NCBI GenBank assembly: GCA_964247055.1
Contig: OZ176059.1
Coordinates: 868,001-932,000 of the forward strand
DNA from: Paragordius varius
Taxonomy: Eukaryota > Animalia > Nematomorpha
Direction: 5' to 3'
DNA: 64,000 bases
Below are positions 13,092 through 24,959 of this stretch, piece by piece (within the stretch, counting starts at the first letter, position 1; every line of letters begins with the position of its first letter). The notes under the pieces were generated by a model. The model searched no databases and was not told the DNA's origin. It saw only the letters and a program-made list of their open reading frames with translations. A program made the position numbers and the translations under genes.

Positions 13092-15142
13092 GTGGCAGCC
13101 GCATCCTCGTCAAACCATCCCCCATCACACACAAGCACCACGATTCGAGGTGGTGAAACCACTCATATCGCCGTGACGACACGATGTTTCCCATCATCAC
13201 TTTTGTCACCACATCATCATGATGACACAAATACAACAGTGACAAAAAATTGCTTAACTCTTGCATCTGCAGTGTCAACGACCACGGGTGGTGTTGGTGT
13301 TTTGTTTGACACATTCATTGAATTTATGGAGGATAATTGTTACGTTAATACCAATAGCAATGAACACGGACATGGACATGGGGATGGACAAATAACTGGT
13401 AGTAAGCGTTCGGCATCAGAAACGTTATCATCTCCCTCATCATCATCAACCTTAATTGGTCCGCCGTCACGTGTGAAAAAAAAGTATCAACATCATACCC
13501 ACACCATGACAAATGATAATGTTAATTATGGCTCAAATTCCGTACTCAATAATTCTCCATTAAACACTGTGGATGCCATATCTCCCAATGTGACCAATGC
13601 ATCGCAATACAACAAAACGATGGCGACAACTAATTCGATGCAAATAAGTAGAGCATCTCTAAGCAAATTGCATAAATTGTCGGGGGGACCCTATTATAAT
13701 TATCTTCACCATCATAACCACAAACATTTACGCAAGAAAGATGTGATGCAAACGCCAACTCAAACTCGAACATCACCACAACCTGTTGATAATGGTATTA
13801 TAACAAGTAGCAATATTAATAATACCAATGATAAATTTTGTCATAAAACATTTGCTTTATCATCATCATCATTTGATTCTATCAAACATTCAGTATCCCA
13901 ATTAACTTGTGTTAGCGATAGAAATACCAACATATGCAAAAATATAGCTCAAACACCCACAATAACCAATATAAACACCTCAACATTAACTAATAATAGC
14001 ATTAATGATAATAATAATAATAATGCATCTGATAATATTGACACATTCTTAACATCGACACCAATGGCATATCCTTCACAAATGGTTACATCAACTATCA
14101 ATGGCAGTTTTAATACTGTATCATTCCAAAATGGCTGTTTTAATTCTCCATATTTTAACAGTTCAATCGCTAATACTGCTTCTACCTGTAACAATACAAT
14201 CCATAAAAGTGATGAATTATATTCAACATCGGTTTTATCCCCAAGTAATATCACTTCACATCATCACCATTATCCCATCATATCTTTGCTCAATAACAAT
14301 AATACTACAAACAATAATGGTCATCAACCAAATTTAACGACCTACGCTCAAGACAATACGAATTCGAAAACTGATGAAAATACCAATAATACCCACAACA
14401 ATATTGACACGGATAATGTTGTCAATTATTTAGACTCATCATCATCATCATCATACAATGGGTGTAAAGGTGTGCGAAAAAAATTGACCAGCTCCAACAA
14501 AGCTAGTGATAACCGTGCTAGTACGCACATATCATATTTATCTACGACACCTACATCATGTTTGGCCTCATCCTCCTCCTTGTATAGTGGGACAATGATG
14601 ACGTCACTAAACCCTAAAACAATGACAATGACGACAGCTCAAGAAACATCATCACAACAACAACAACATTTTATGTCACGAATGAGTGGTGGTGACATTC
14701 TTACCAATAATAATAATAATACGAATAAAAGGAGGACCGATCATATGGAAGATGACAATATCAATGTTAATAAAGCAATAACCAACAATCCAACCACAAA
14801 AACCTTTTATAATACCAATGCACTTCATCATAATCACACCACTGATGATCAACAGCAACATGCTATGAGTATGTTTGGATTCTCCATAACCCCATCCGTT
14901 ACTTCAGCGCTAAGCAACAATAATATCCTTACAAATGATTCAAATAATCTTAGCAACAGCACTGATAATTATAATACCAATATTAGTAATATAACTAATG
15001 GTGGTGGTGGTGGTACAACGATACGTACTATGAATAATACTCCATCACCTCCATATCCGCCCTACCACCCACTTAGTAATAGCAAACACTTGTGTGCCAT
15101 ATGTGGGGACAAGGCTTCTGGCAAACACTATGGTGTTTACAG
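13092..15142 (+). CDS. RXR: Retinoid X receptor/ultraspiracle (NR2B), exon 1: long low-complexity A/B domain plus start of zinc finger 1
   Basis: A 2-kb open frame ends [30 protein letters not shown] at the donor AG|GTATAT (phase 2). The start is uncertain: GTG at 13092 or first ATG at 13326. Confidence 0.9.
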
Positions 15143-17232
15143 GTATATATATATATATATATATATGTCTATTAGTTATTTGACTATTTATCAGTAAGCA
15201 CTCACATTGCTTTCATAGAGCAGAATTATTGACTAAAAGCAATAAAAGGTCGAAAGAATATAAGCACACTTACTTTTAGCCCATAATATTGCTTTTACCT
15301 GAACTGGCAATATTTATATAATAATTTGCCAGTTTTTTTACTCACACAATATATTTCATTGTTATTATTTAAAGGCCATTTTTTGTGTTTAGTTAGTTAA
15401 TTTGGCAGTTTAATATTGACATACTTCATATCATGATTTATATATAGATCTAAGGAGATTCTTTGTAATGGGTGTTTTGTAAATTATTTTTATTATATGT
15501 AAATAATTTGTAAAAATCTATTGTCCAACATTTCTAATAATTTGGCGATGAGAATAAACTATTTAATTTGTTTTGGAATTTTTACCTTTATGATATCTTT
15601 AGCAGAATTTTCGACATTGTGTGCAAAAATTTTACTTCCATTTTTTCCATTTATTTACATCGTAGTAACAAAAAGTGTTATAATATGAGTTTGTCAACCC
15701 CAAAAACAACAAAAATGTTTTTTGCTACCTGTTTTATTTCCGTCCTTTTCTTAAAGCCCCCTACCCCGTCTTATGTTGTAGTTAATTTACAATGACAACA
15801 TTTTCGTACAAAAATGTTTGAATGCGTATAAAAAATACTAACGATTATAACTAAACATGTTTCTTTGCCAATTTTTATTTTAATTAACAATTAGATCAGT
15901 CGTACTCATCAAAAAGTCCCTAAAAAATATTTATATTGCCTTAAGGGCCGTGATATAATACCTTTAATTTAATAAGAAATTTAGGGTCATGAGAAAGTTT
16001 CTTTAGGGCCGCGGTTTGAGTACCAATGCATGAGATCCTAAATCTTGCGCCACTTACTGCATAGACACATTGAGACTTGTATCTGTCGTATAATTGCAAC
16101 GGAGTTTAAACTTTTGATACTAAGCTATAATTGTTTAGAATTTAACCACAAAATATGACATTTGAGCCTAACTGATTGCCATAACAATGTTTTATACCCA
16201 TTAAATATCCTAAGGATATATTAAAAAAATTAATTTAACTTGGGAGTTTATTTTAATATTTTGATCTACAGTAGGTAACAGTTCAATGACCACCAAATTT
16301 AAAATGTTTTTAGAGATTATACTTAATAGTTGACATTTTTTACCTGTTCTGTTTTTATATTTGAGATGTTTTACCCTTCCATCCTATCCCATGATGTGGT
16401 TTGGATTCGGTAAAAAATAACATTTTAAGCATATAACCAAACGTAATCTGTCAATTTATGTAACATAGTATATAATACTTTTATTCCTTTTTCCACAATA
16501 GTAACAGGGTTTAATGCCCTCCCTTTGGTATAAAAAAATTATTTTTTGTGTGTCTTGCAACTAAAATAACTACCTTTCCCCAAATGTCTTTTTATGTGTG
16601 TTATAATATGCAATGAAACTATAATATCTAAAATTTGTATTATAAAAAATTACCCCTTTGTTTGGAGGAATATATCGAATTGTGCATAGAAAGTTTGGTT
16701 GGGGACGTTTATACCTCCATTTTTTTGAATTTATACAGCAGACGATAATTTAATTTATGATGCGATCGTCTGATTTCTTACATAACATATTCACAATAAA
16801 TCTTATTTCAGAGATATTATAAACCTATTTTTTTGTAGATGTATCCAACATAAGTTTATGTAAAATCATTTAAATTTTTGAATAAGAGTATAAATAAAAC
16901 CTAGTTTTTTTTGAATATTGTTTGATAGTATTTACTGTAATGATAAATTTTATGGGCCTAAAGTAAGGTTAGTGAACAGAATGTGTTTATTCGCTTTTTT
17001 TGTGTCTAGTTAATAAATTGTCACTTTTGTCCGCTATGACATTATTGCGGTTTTTGACCCTAGAGCTTAAAGTAGTAAACAATCTACTGTTTTCAAAGTA
17101 GTTTTGGTTAAAATTTAATATTTTAATCGTTTTTTCATTTATTAGATAAAAAATTATAACTTTTACAGTTTTTTGACTTCAAGACCGAATTCAAAGAGCT
17201 CAAAAACACCATTGAAATAAACAGCTGATATA

Positions 17233-17983
17233 CCATTTACACTTCAAGAGTGTCCTTGAACAATTCAAGTTGGTCCTTGAACAATTCAAGTTGGTCCTTG
17301 AACAGTTCAAGTTGGTCCTTGAACAATTCAAGTTGGTCCTTGAACAATTCAAGTTGGTCCTTGAACAATTCAAGTTGGTCCTTTGACTTTTTTGTTTTGT
17401 TTTTAACTTTTATCAATCAAATCGTAAATAATTCAATTATTTTATTGCTTTTAACCTATTTTCTATTATTTAACATATATTTTAAATCAATATTAACTTT
17501 TAATCTTTGAGAAACCGTATATGTTTATTATTTTTTTAAAATAATTTTGGATATTTATAAGATTTTAACACGAAATGAAAAAATATATAAGTTTTCTTGG
17601 TTATTAATTAAAATTTTTCATTAAAAACATTTAAAAGTCAATAATTTTGTTCAATTGAAAAAAATAGTTTAAAACAAAAAAGTGGTTTTTCAATAAAATT
17701 TTTAATTTTTAAATGAATAAATATATAATAAATAAAGAAAATTAGGTTAATAAATAATAAAATTAAAAAATAAATGCAAAAATTATAGTTAAATAAAAAT
17801 TTATAAATTTTAAGGACCAACTTGAAGTGTTCAAGGACCAACTTGAAATGTTCAAGGACCAACTTGAATTGTTCAAGGACCAACTTGAATTGTTCAAGGA
17901 CCAACTTGAATTGTTTAAGGACACTCTTGAATTGTTCAAGGACCAACTTGAACTGTTCAAGGACACTCTTGAAGTGTAAATGG
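17233..17983. mobile_element. Family P element with TIRs built from 21-bp tandem repeats
   Basis: TATA-CCATTTACACTTCAAG...CTTGAAGTGTAAATGG-TATA, with 6 copies of GTCCTTGAACAATTCAAGTTG in the left arm and about 7 inverted copies in the right arm. Confidence 0.9.
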
Positions 17984-18238
17984 TATATATTAAAATCAAA
18001 TAACTGATATATTCACGATTTTAAAGATACAGAAAACAATATGGCGGCAAGATGAGGATTTTTTTATTTTTTTGCTATAAAAAATTATACATGCGCTTAA
18101 ATGGCTAAAGAAAGCTTTTTATTAAATTTGGTCCAATGATAAAAAATATTTTTTGAGATAATTATATTTTAAATGGCCTTGGGTGTATAAAACTATGGTC
18201 ATGAAGTGTTAATAATAAATGCTATTTGGCAAAATATA

Positions 18239-18762
18239 CCATTTGCACCTCAAGAGTGTCCTTGAACCTTTTAAGTTGGTCTTTGAACAATTCAAGAAGT
18301 TGGTTTTTGAACATTTAAAGTTGGTCCGAACACTTCAAGTTGATACTTTGACTTTTTTGTTTGGTTTTTAACTTTTTTCAATCAAACCTATTTTCTATCA
18401 TTTCACATAAATTTTAAATCAATATTATCTTTTAATCATTGAGAATTAAAAAAAAATAAGTTTTCTAAGTTAATATTTACAATTTTTTCATTGAAAACAT
18501 TTTAAAGTTATTAATTTTGTTAAATTGGAAAAAAATAGTTAGAAACAAAAATGTGGTTTTTGAATAAAAAATTTTATTTTTAAGTAAATAAATATATAAT
18601 AAATGAAGAAAATTAGGTTAAAAAATAATAAAATAAAAAATAGATACAAAAATTATGATTTAATCAAAATTTAAAAAAACCAACTTGAAGTGTTCAAGGA
18701 CACTTTTGAAATATTCAAGGACCATCTTGAAGTGTTCAAGGACACTCTTGAAGTGCAAATGG
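18239..18762. mobile_element. Family P element, copy 2
   Basis: CCATTTGCAC...GTGCAAATGG ends, fewer and degenerate 21-mers, and an interior homologous to 17233-17983. Confidence 0.8.
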
Positions 18763-18877
18763 TTTATTTAATAAAAATTAGGAGTGCAAGGTATTTTTTA
18801 AATGCACAACCAGTTTCTCAATCCTATTTTCGGTTTTACTTATTATTCTTTACAAATATATGCATACATACACATAT

Positions 18878-19976
18878 CACTGTGTGCAAAAAATAGGGTC
18901 AATATTTTGGCAAATACTTTTTTTATAAGATAGCTTATGACAAGCGAATTTATTTGCCGCAAAAATATTTATTTGTTGACGACCGAGTTTTCGAAGTATT
19001 GAGTGAAAATCTAATTTGGGCAAAAAGTGAAAATTAAGGATAATCAAAAAAATAATGATATGAGATATTAAAATTTATTATTTCATCAGATATTTACAAT
19101 TTATAATTAGCCTAAAATCATATATTTAGGGTTTTTATTAAAATTTTGATCAATAAATCATGTGTTTTCTTTAACACTTAATGCCCAATTTTTTTTATAT
19201 AACTATATTATAATCTTAACATTCATATTTTATATAGTCAAAAAGGTTATATATAAAAATAAAAATAAAAAATAATAATATTTTTTCATTTTTTTGTCAT
19301 TTGGTGTATGAAAGTTAAATAAGTATATAATTCATAAAACAATGATTTTAAGTAGTGAATAAACCTAAATTTCGTAACAACCCAAGTAAAAATATTAATT
19401 TAAAAATTTGTTTCTGGATTTGGTTTTTGGTTAATATTCCACTTTTGTATATCCTAGTTTGTATTAATTTATAAACTTTGTAATTCCCGCTTATGTAAGA
19501 TTCCAAAACAGTAACTATACACTCATAAAACCAGATGACAAAAAAATGAATTTTTTTTTATTAATTTTGTTTTGATATGTAAGATTTTTTACTGTATAAA
19601 ATATGAATGTTAAGATTAACTTAATGATTTTAGCCAGTAAATAATTAAACATATATATTAATAAAGTTATTTTTTTTAGGTTTTTTAAAGAATAAACACG
19701 ATTTTTGGTCAGAGTTTTGATAAAAACCCTGATTATATGATTTTAGGCTATTTATATATTGTAATTATCTAATAAAAAGATAATAATTCTTAATACCCAA
19801 GCATTCTTTTTATAATTATCCTTATTTCGCTTTTTGCCCAATTTTGATTTTCTATTAATGTGTTTAAAAAAACTATCTTATCAAATAAAAATTTTTTTGC
19901 AGCAAATGAATATTCGCTGGTTATATCCTATTTCATGAAAAAAATATTTTTGTTAAAATTTTTTTTGCACACAATG
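18878..19976. mobile_element. Foldback-like CAC...GTG element (CMC/Chapaev3-like, non-autonomous)
   Basis: TAT-CACTGTGTGCAAAAA...TTTTTGCACACAATG-TAT with a 3-bp direct repeat. The arms are inverted over nearly the whole length. A homologue lies at 32407-33595. Confidence 0.75.
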
Positions 19977-20005
19977 TATTTATTGGTAAAAAAATATTTT
20001 TACAG

Positions 20006-20163
20006 TTGTGAAGGGTGTAAAGGATTCTTTAAACGTACCGTTCGTAAAGAACTCACTTACGTTTGCCGTGAAAATCAAGATTGTGTCATTGATAAGCGTC
20101 AACGGAATCGTTGTCAATTTTGCCGGTATCAGAAATGTTTGATTATGGGCATGAAAAGGGAAG
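20006..20163 (+). CDS. RXR: RXR exon 2 (DNA-binding domain)
   Basis: TTTTACAG acceptor; (S)[52 protein letters not shown]; donor G|GTTAGT. Phases match the neighbouring exons. Confidence 0.97.
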
Positions 20164-21649
20164 GTTAGTTTATTAGTTTAAAAACTAATATAATTATTTA
20201 CAGTAGCGTATATAGCGAAACATATAGTTTCCTAATTAAATAAACACATAATGCAAAATATATATAGAAAATATATTTGTTAAATTTGCACCATTTGTTG
20301 TTGTTTTTATTCATCAAACTTAACCAAATAAGCTTCGAGCCGGGCTTAAAAAAGTTGAATTGGTGAGATAGTTCCTGGATGACATACCTTGAATGGTTGT
20401 TCCCGAGGAAGTCAAACGGGCTGTTTTAATCCCTCTGTAATCAGTTTTTATTGAAATCTCAGGAACCGGGTTACCGTTTTGGTTCGAAGCCGAGTTCATT
20501 TTGCAATTTTGCTGAATATTTAAATGCGTTTTTACCGGTTAAAAAAATGATAATTTGATGATCACCTTATTTATTTTTGGATTTCATTACCCTAGTTTTA
20601 CAATTTTTTTATGCGGATGTTAGAACAAATTATTTAGTGAAATTTTAGTTTTTTTAATAAATTGCACTTATAATTGTGGTGTCATTCATTAATTCATTTG
20701 TGTCACAAATATTGTAAATTGAAATGAATGATGTAATAGAAAGACAAAATTATGAAACCGTTTAACATGATATTTTTCCCGTGTTATAAAATGTTGAAAA
20801 TATTTTTTGTGCGGATTGCGCTTACCCCACACAAAATAAAATTTTAATGATACAGAAACAATAAATATAACAATAATAATAATATCAATTACTTTTGGAC
20901 GATTCAAATGCACCTAAAATAAATTAGGTTTTTTATAATTAAAAAATACTTATATTTTTTTTTAAATAAAGAAATTTTGTTTAAAATTAAAATAATAAAT
21001 TATGCCATAAGTTATATTTCATCTCATAATTTATTTTTAGGGTGATTTGAATTGTAAATGGTATATTAAAGCAAATTACAGCTAAAATTATATGGCCAAA
21101 CGTTAAAATAAAGACAAACATTTTTTCCTGAAAAAATATACTTTTAAATCTTTGGTTTTTTCAAATATCTCTTATTCTTTTTAACGGCAGCCCCAAAACG
21201 TAAAAATATAAAGACAAATATTTTTTGTGAAAGACAACCATATTTTAATTAAATCACAATTTTTCACATTTAAATTATTTAATTACTATTGTAAAATATC
21301 TAATTGATTGTCGTCAACCTATATCCCTATTTCATTTATAAAAATTGATGTATATTAAAAAAATCGAGATATACAAAGTATGGTTGTTTTTTATAAATAA
21401 AAATAATATTTTACTTTATATTTTTACGCGTGGTCCGTATAATTTCAATTTTTGTTGTAGGTATTTTAATTATTACTTGGTAACAATTTCCTGTTTGTTT
21501 AATTCACACTGATCATTTTGTGATTTTAAAATACTTAATTTTTAATCTTATTTTAATTTTAGTTATAATTATAAATATATGGGCATATAACTTTATAATA
21601 TCTGATTTTCTAGACGTGTTTAATTTATATTTATATTGCGTTTATCTAG

Positions 21650-21789
21650 CCGTACAAGAGGAACGTAAGAAAAATGATAATGAGATTGAACCCATTAGTA
21701 GTACACAACAAAATGATATGCCCATTGAACAAATTTTAGAGGCCGAACTGCGTGTAGACTCATATGCAGATACCATAGTTGATTCTCAG
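21650..21789 (+). CDS. RXR: RXR exon 3 (T-box, hinge, helix 1)
   Basis: TATCTAG acceptor; [47 protein letters not shown]; donor CAG|GTTAAA. Confidence 0.95.
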
Positions 21790-22148
21790 GTTAAAAATAT
21801 ATATTACAAAAATTACATAATTTCTATATTTAAAAAACTTTATATACTATTTACAATTCAAAATGACCCTTGAACAATTCAAATTCATCCTCGAACAATT
21901 CAACCCTCGAACAATTCAAATTCACCCTAAAAATAAATTATGTGTTTTCGGGCTAATATAACTCATCATTATTATAAAATATATTCTTATGGAATAGTTT
22001 ATTATTTTTCAGTATTATATATATTTTACAGGTAATTTTATTTTTTTAAAAACATAAAATATAGGTAATTTTTAATCTTAAAAAACACATAATTTCTTTT
22101 ATGGTGATTTTGAATTGTTCGAGGGTGAATTTGAATTGTTTAAGGATG

Positions 22149-22149
<1 letters not shown>

Positions 22150-22207
<58 letters not shown>
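22150..22207. repeat. (TA)n microsatellite, about 29 units
   Basis: Pure TA run directly after a P' MITE. Confidence 0.95.
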
Positions 22208-22209
<2 letters not shown>

Positions 22210-22280
22210 AAATTATTGGGCTTTTTAATGCGATAAAATACTCAAATAAGTCAATGTATTTATAATAATTAGTCTTAACC

Positions 22281-22475
22281 CAGGGTCAAAACGTGAAAAC
22301 CCACAATAGAAAAAAATATGCGCAAAAAATCTTAGTAAAATTGTTATAATTTAAATGATAACATTGTTGCTAGATTGCATTTATGCCTATGTTAAAAATT
22401 TACTAAAATATTAAGGAATGTTCACATTGTATGTTTCAAATGTGACCCGCAAAGTTATTTGTATTGACCACCCTG
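22281..22475. mobile_element. hAT (Buster/Charlie-type) MITE
   Basis: CAGGG...CCCTG termini with flanks GTCTTAAC / GTCTTAAG (7 of 8 match, one extra C on the left). Confidence 0.6.
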
Positions 22476-22560
22476 GTCTTAAGTCTTTTTCTCGTTGAAA
22501 ACGAATAATATAGTTAATTTAATAAAATATATTAAATAATTTTTCTCGCATTTGTTCATA

Positions 22561-22919
22561 CCATTTGCACTTTAAAGGTTTCCTTGAACACTTCAAGTTA
22601 ACTTTGTTTTGTTTTTAACTTTCATCAATCAAATGGTGTATCATTCATCATTTTATCATTTTTAAACTAATTTCTTTATTTTGGGTTTTTAAATACAATT
22701 TTTTATTGAAAACATTTATAAGGTAATAAATGAATTGAACAAATTTATTTGAAACAAAAAAAGTGGGCTTTGAATGAAAAATAATAATATATTGTAAATA
22801 AAATTAGGTTTAAAAATAATGAAATAAAAAATACATGAAAAAAATAATGGTTAAATCCAAATGTCAAAATTTTAAGGACCAGCTTGAAGTTTTTAAGGAC
22901 ATTCTTGAAGTGCGAATGG

Positions 22920-22950
<31 letters not shown>

Positions 22951-23049
22951 TAAAATCGAAATTCCATCTCAACTTTTAAGGTTAAATCCAAATTTAAAAA
23001 TTTTAAGGTCCAACTTGAAGTGTTTAAGGACATCTTGAAGTGCAAATGG
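22561..23049. mobile_element. Family P element, copy 3, with tandemly duplicated right end
   Basis: CCATTTGCAC at 22561, and two right termini (GAATGG at 22919, AAATGG at 23049), each followed by AATTCCATCTCAACTTTTAA. Confidence 0.7.
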
Positions 23050-23320
23050 TAAAAATTACTTAAAATTCTGAATTCCATCTCAACTTTTAAACTTTTTTCT
23101 TTCAGATTTCCGTTATATTAAGCTTATATAATTACAATATGTGAAACTTCAATATATCTCTTTATACCTCTATTTTTCATAACCCACAATCTATAAGTTT
23201 TAACATAAAATCGAAAGTTTATAAATTAAAATAGGAGACCATATTAGTTTTGATATTTTTACTCTCCTTATAACTAAAAATTAATTTATATAATCCAATT
23301 ATAATTAATTTTTCATGCAG

Positions 23321-23447
23321 AAAGATGCAGTCACCAACATTTGTCAGGCCGCTGATAAACAATTATTTTGTTTGGTTGAATGGGCAAAATGTGTCCCTCA
23401 TTTCATTGAACTACCCATTGAAGATCAAGTTAAACTTCTGAGAGTTG
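23321..23447 (+). CDS. RXR: RXR exon 4 (LBD helices 3-4); absent from the ORF track
   Basis: TTTCATGCAG acceptor; hand translation [42 protein letters not shown](G); donor G|GTAAAA. Confidence 0.97.
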
Positions 23448-23485
23448 GTAAAATCATATATATATAATAGATAAAACTATATATA

Positions 23486-23680
23486 CAGTATGCATTTAAA
23501 TGGTTGTTTATTTCACACTATATAGCTGGGCAATTCGCAACACAACAGTAGTGTGTTTGGAAAAAAGAAAGGAAATAATTGTTTATTCAATCAACATTTT
23601 CTTGTTTTCTCCACACACTACTGTGTTTTTACAAATTGACCAACTATAACGTAAAATAAACAACCATTATAATGCATTAT
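23486..23680. mobile_element. MITE family B in RXR intron 4
   Basis: TA-CAGTATGCATT start and palindromic arms. Confidence 0.8.
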
Positions 23681-23986
23681 ACACATTAAACATTGAAATT
23701 ATACGGACAACAAAATGTTAAAACTAAAATACAATCAATAAAACATATTTTTTATGTCTTGATTTTTTTTGAATTTGTAACTCATTGTTTGAAAAACTGC
23801 AATATGTATATAATAGAGAGGTGAATTGGTAACACAATCATTTAATTATGTATCATTAGGATAAATTAAAGGTTTAAATATTTATGGTGGTGCGTTGTCT
23901 TTTGAAAAAAAAATATTTGTCTTTATACTTTTTCGTTTAATAATTTCAATTTTTGCCACATTTATCTTTGACTGTGTATGTTTTAG

Positions 23987-24211
23987 GTTGGAATGAATTA
24001 CTTATAGCATCGTTTAGTCATCGTTCCATCTCTATCCGTGATGGTATTTTATTATCGTCCGGTCTCCACATACATAGATCAGCGGCCCACCAAGCTGGGG
24101 TAGGGGCCATTTTTGATCGCGTTTTAACTGAACTGGTGGCTAAAATGCGTGAAATGAAAATTAATCGAACTGAACTTGGTTGTCTCCGAGCCATAATTCT
24201 CTTTAATCCGG
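23987..24211 (+). CDS. RXR: RXR exon 5 (LBD helices 5-8)
   Basis: GTTTTAG acceptor; [14 protein letters not shown]...[17 protein letters not shown]...[13 protein letters not shown]; donor G|GTATGT. Confidence 0.97.
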
Positions 24212-24264
24212 GTATGTTTTTAACATTTAACATTTTTTTAGTGATTACTTTTTACAAATACATA

Positions 24265-24436
24265 CAGTAGCGTATGGAGTAAAAGATTGTTAGTGCAAAA
24301 TAGAATAAAAAATTGTTTTTTTTAAAAAAAACAAGGGGACACATTAGACATATACAACTAGGATTGTTTTTTTTTTAAAAAAAAACATTTTTTTATTCTA
24401 TTTTGCACTAACAATCTTTTACTCCATACGCTACTG
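24265..24436. mobile_element. MITE family E, near-perfect palindrome
   Basis: TA-CAGTAGCGTATGGAGTAAAAGATTGTTAGTGC...GCACTAACAATCTTTTACTCCATACGCTACTG-TA. A second copy lies at 50785-50957. Confidence 0.9.
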
Positions 24437-24769
24437 TATTATGTGTGTTTAAGGTATAAGTTTCACGCGAAAATTGAAAAAAAAGATATGTCGGGATAAA
24501 TGTATTATAAGAAAAATGTAATATGGTTCAATATGGTTCAACATTTATAATTTATGTTAGTTATTAGACTAAATTTTCCCGGGTATTAGGGTAATATGAA
24601 TGAAATCTAATATGTAACAGTCATGAACGATTATAAAAGAAATTATGATAATTCATTATGAGATGAAGCGAGCAAGAAATAAAATGTATTATATAATAAG
24701 AAGATCACTCTATATTTTTGAATTGTAAAATATTAAATAGAGATGTAAATTGGTCAGTACAATCAATTA

Positions 24770-24959
24770 CATTATGAGTAAGTATATATTGCTAGAAAGT
24801 TATTAATTATTGCCAAATACGATATACAACAAAGGGAGCAGTATTATTGGCTATTAATAGTAAAAAGTGAAAAAATAACTATTAATAATATTGCCCTTTG
24901 TTGTATTGCTATTTGGCAATAATTAATAACTTTCTAGCAATGTATACTTATTCATACTG
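24770..24959. mobile_element. MITE family D (CA(G)TATGAGTAAGTATA.ATTGCTAGAAAG)
   Basis: Palindromic arms. Other copies lie at 30125-30301 and 45201-46522 (split by an insertion). Confidence 0.8.

Noticed and set aside
13069-14861. Antisense and alternate-frame ORFs overlapping RXR exon 1 (13069, 13949, 14101, 14676)
   Set aside because: These are shadows of a low-complexity coding strand with no recognisable domains or splice support.
17250-18007. 21-bp repeat arrays as a CRISPR array or as SLNNSSW / LEQFKLV repeat proteins
   Set aside because: The units are head-to-tail with no spacers, form the two inverted arms of one TIR element, and sit in a eukaryotic intron. The ORFs arise only because 21 is divisible by 3.
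18878-18895. CACTGTG/CACAGTG termini as RAG recombination signals or Transib ends
   Set aside because: There is no nonamer at 12/23 spacing, the flanking duplications are 3 bp rather than the 5 bp of Transib, and no transposase is present.
20330-20540. Relatively GC-rich stretch with GGTTCGAA as a tRNA or SINE
   Set aside because: I could not build a cloverleaf or find an A-box at a suitable distance. It is more likely a DNA-transposon remnant.
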